From positions 1 through 64,000 of IMG/VR virus record IMGVR_UViG_3300043449_002292: a stretch of DNA of 64,000 nucleotides; one strand, written 5' to 3'. Position 1 is the stretch's first letter, and the number at the start of each line of letters is the position of its first letter. Of the stretch, positions 62,053 through 64,000 are shown in pieces. The stretch comes from a virus. The translations under genes were made by a program, and so were the position numbers. The notes under the pieces were generated by a model. It saw only the letters and a list, made by a program, of their open reading frames with translations, did not search any database and was not told where the DNA came from.

Positions 62053-64000
62053 CTACCCACACTTCGCGAAACCGCAGCTTCCACAGGAGAGGCAACCTTC
62101 CTGGTAGATGAGCTCCGAATTTCCACACTGTGGGCACCCTTTTTCAGTTGACTTAGTGCCATCCTTGATATACCCCTTTAAAACCCTTGCAATCACCCTA
62201 GCATATGAAAACATATCGCTATTCTTATCCTTTTGCAACTGCTCCACAACATAATGGAGCGGAACCTCATGACGTAGGGCGAGTGAGATCGTCCTCGTAA
62301 AGGCTCCCTGCGTTGGGTTGTCAAAAAGGTTCACGACGTCCTTGAAGATGAGATTATCGTCATCTCCGACAGGAACAACGAGATTGTAGGTTGCGACGCC
62401 ATCACGCTTACCATTCTTGACGAGTGAGCCAGACTTGTACTTCTTTGGGATCTCGATGTTCTCCGGAATCCCGCAGAAGACCTCATACGGCTTACCCTCA
62501 TTGAGTCCGATCAGGACGAGCCAAGATTCGGTGACGTCACCGTTACGAACTGTCGCACGATGTATGTCACAATCAAGAGACTTCGGACGCTTCGGGATGA
62601 GGCGACCGTCCTCACCCTTCTTTTCCTTCTTCGGTTCATCAACCTGAACAAGAACGCCCGTCCTGCAACCATCGCGATAGACCGTGAAGCCCTTACATCC
62701 CATCTTCCATGCCTTCAGATAGACATCGTTCACGATCTCGCGGGTGGCAGAGTTGGGTAGGTTGCATGTCTTAGAGATCGAGTGATCGATCCACCTCTGG
62801 GCTGCAGCCTGAATCTCAACCGACTTCGTCCAGTCGATGTCATTCGCAGTTCCACCCCAGTATGGGCTCTCCTTCGGGTCGGTCTTACCAGTGATATCCA
62901 TCCACTTCTTGAACCAGTGGTGGTAGACCGTATACTCCTGCCACTTGTCGCCCATCGGATCGACAAAGTCAACCCTGGAAGTGAGATCACCCTGTGTGAT
63001 CTTGCGACGGCGCTTGTAGGAGAGGAGGAATGCGGGTTCGATGCCGGATGTCGTCCGAGTGAGACATGAAACCGAGCCGACTGGTGCCGTGGTGGTAAGC
63101 GCGATGTTACGACGACCCGTGGTCCTCCACATGTCCATAGCATCTTCTTCGCAGGCAGAAATTACCTTTCTGAGATATTTGTGACTCTTTTCCTTCTCGT
63201 AGTCCCATACCGGGAAGGCGCCTCTCTCCTTCGCCATGATAAGTGACGACGTGTGTGCACCGATGGCAAGCTCCTTGTAGATCGACTCTGTGATCTCAAT
63301 TGAGCGACTGTCTCCGTAGCGCACATTTAACGCGGCGAGCGCGTCTCCGAGACCAGTGATGCCAAGACCGGTGCGACGACCGTTGAGTCCTGCAGCTCGG
63401 ATCTTCTGCCAGAGATCAATCTCAATCTGCTTGACATTTGCAGGCTCCTTGTCATTGCGGATCTTCTCAAGAATCCGATCGACACATTCAACCTCGAGAT
63501 CAACGAGATCATCCATCAGGCGCTGTGCCTTCATGACAACCTCATTGAAAAAGTCGAAGTCGAACCTTGCGTCATCAGTGAATGGGTCCCTCACGAATGA
63601 TGTGAGATTGACCACCATCAGACGGCAGGAGTCGTATGGGCTTAGCGGGATCTCACCGCATGGATTGGTGGAGATTGTCTTGTAACCGACATCGCGGTAG
63701 CAATCCACGATACCCTGATCTACCACCGTATCCCAGAAGAGCGCGCCGGGCTCAGCGGAAGCCCATGCAGCATCCACAAACTTATTCCAGACCTGCTTCG
63801 CGTCGACCATCTTGACGATCTCCGCGTCCTCGGGGTGTGCCTCGACCGGCCAGCGAAGGCAGAACCCGACGTTGCTCTCCACTGCCTGCATGAACTCATC
63901 GGTGAAGCGGATGGAGATATTGGCACCGGTCACCTTCTTCAGGTCACGCTTGATATCGATGAAGGTCTCGATCTCCGGGTGCCGGCAGTCGATGGTGAGC
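62053..64000 (-). CDS. nrdJ: class II (B12-dependent) ribonucleotide reductase, 5' end outside the window
   Basis: NPCGE, GLG..GL, APVG, SGIEP, KG.TVYRDG, C-terminal Zn ribbon. Confidence 0.92.
   Translation of the reverse strand, partial: LTIDCRHPEIETFIDIKRDLKKVTGANISIRFTDEFMQAVESNVGFCLRWPVEAHPEDAEIVKMVDAKQVWNKFVDAAWASAEPGALFWDTVVDQGIVDCYRDVGYKTISTNPCGEIPLSPYDSCRLMVVNLTSFVRDPFTDDARFDFDFFNEVVMKAQRLMDDLVDLEVECVDRILEKIRNDKEPANVKQIEIDLWQKIRAAGLNGRRTGLGITGLGDALAALNVRYGDSRSIEITESIYKELAIGAHTSSLIMAKERGAFPVWDYEKEKSHKYLRKVISACEEDAMDMWRTTGRRNIALTTTAPVGSVSCLTRTTSGIEPAFLLSYKRRRKITQGDLTSRVDFVDPMGDKWQEYTVYHHWFKKWMDITGKTDPKESPYWGGTANDIDWTKSVEIQAAAQRWIDHSISKTCNLPNSATREIVNDVYLKAWKMGCKGFTVYRDGCRTGVLVQVDEPKKEKKGEDGRLIPKRPKSLDCDIHRATVRNGDVTESWLVLIGLNEGKPYEVFCGIPENIEIPKKYKSGSLVKNGKRDGVATYNLVVPVGDDDNLIFKDVVNLFDNPTQGAFTRTISLALRHEVPLHYVVEQLQKDKNSDMFSYARVIARVLKGYIKDGTKSTEKGCPQCGNSELIYQEGCLSCGSCGFAKCG

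Noticed and set aside
61977-62162. N-terminal extension of ClpP in the ORF track
   Set aside because: It overlaps the nrdJ C-terminus. A GTG start at 61976 gives a normal-length ClpP.
1-64000. Stop-codon reassignment; tRNA or rRNA genes
   Set aside because: Known genes are full length in code 11 and end in TAA, TAG and TGA. No cloverleaf was recognised in the few intergenic gaps (not machine-scanned).

Overview
This is a 64-kb piece of a large (jumbo-type) dsDNA bacteriophage genome. GC is moderately high (roughly 55-60% by eye) and almost all genes lie on the minus strand. (1) 0.1-9.5 kb is an accessory region dominated by a tandem array of about 17 small MKPGD-starting KOW/SH3-like genes, interlocked by a conserved 14-nt stop/start overlap. 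(2) 9.5-37.8 kb mixes putative virion/internal proteins (many with an N-terminal 'ESxLRRIIREE'-like tag) with UvsE, a ferritin-like protein, a GIY-YIG nuclease, a sigma70 that lacks region 4.2 followed by a stand-alone 4.2-like HTH gene, GroEL, a 5'-3' exonuclease, a pterin dehydratase and an Fe/Mn SOD. (3) 37.8-47.4 kb is a replication/nucleotide operon: DnaE, a T4-BGT-like glycosyltransferase, a dNMP kinase, a thymidylate-synthase homologue carrying the dCMP-specificity Asp, an NDP-sugar epimerase, a cupin, TK, a DHH phosphoesterase and dCMP deaminase. Together these predict glycosylated-cytosine DNA hypermodification. (4) 50-64 kb holds fibre-like genes, a dCTPase/dUTPase, Fpg/Nei, an MBD4-like glycosylase, an endolysin, ThyX, GlnII, ClpP and class II RNR. 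Two promoter classes are visible directly: GTGCAA-N17-TAnnAT (often leaderless) and a -10-only ATAnTTA motif. A candidate dnaX-like -1 frameshift is also present. No tRNA, rRNA or CRISPR array was seen. Family names come from motif recognition, not database searches.
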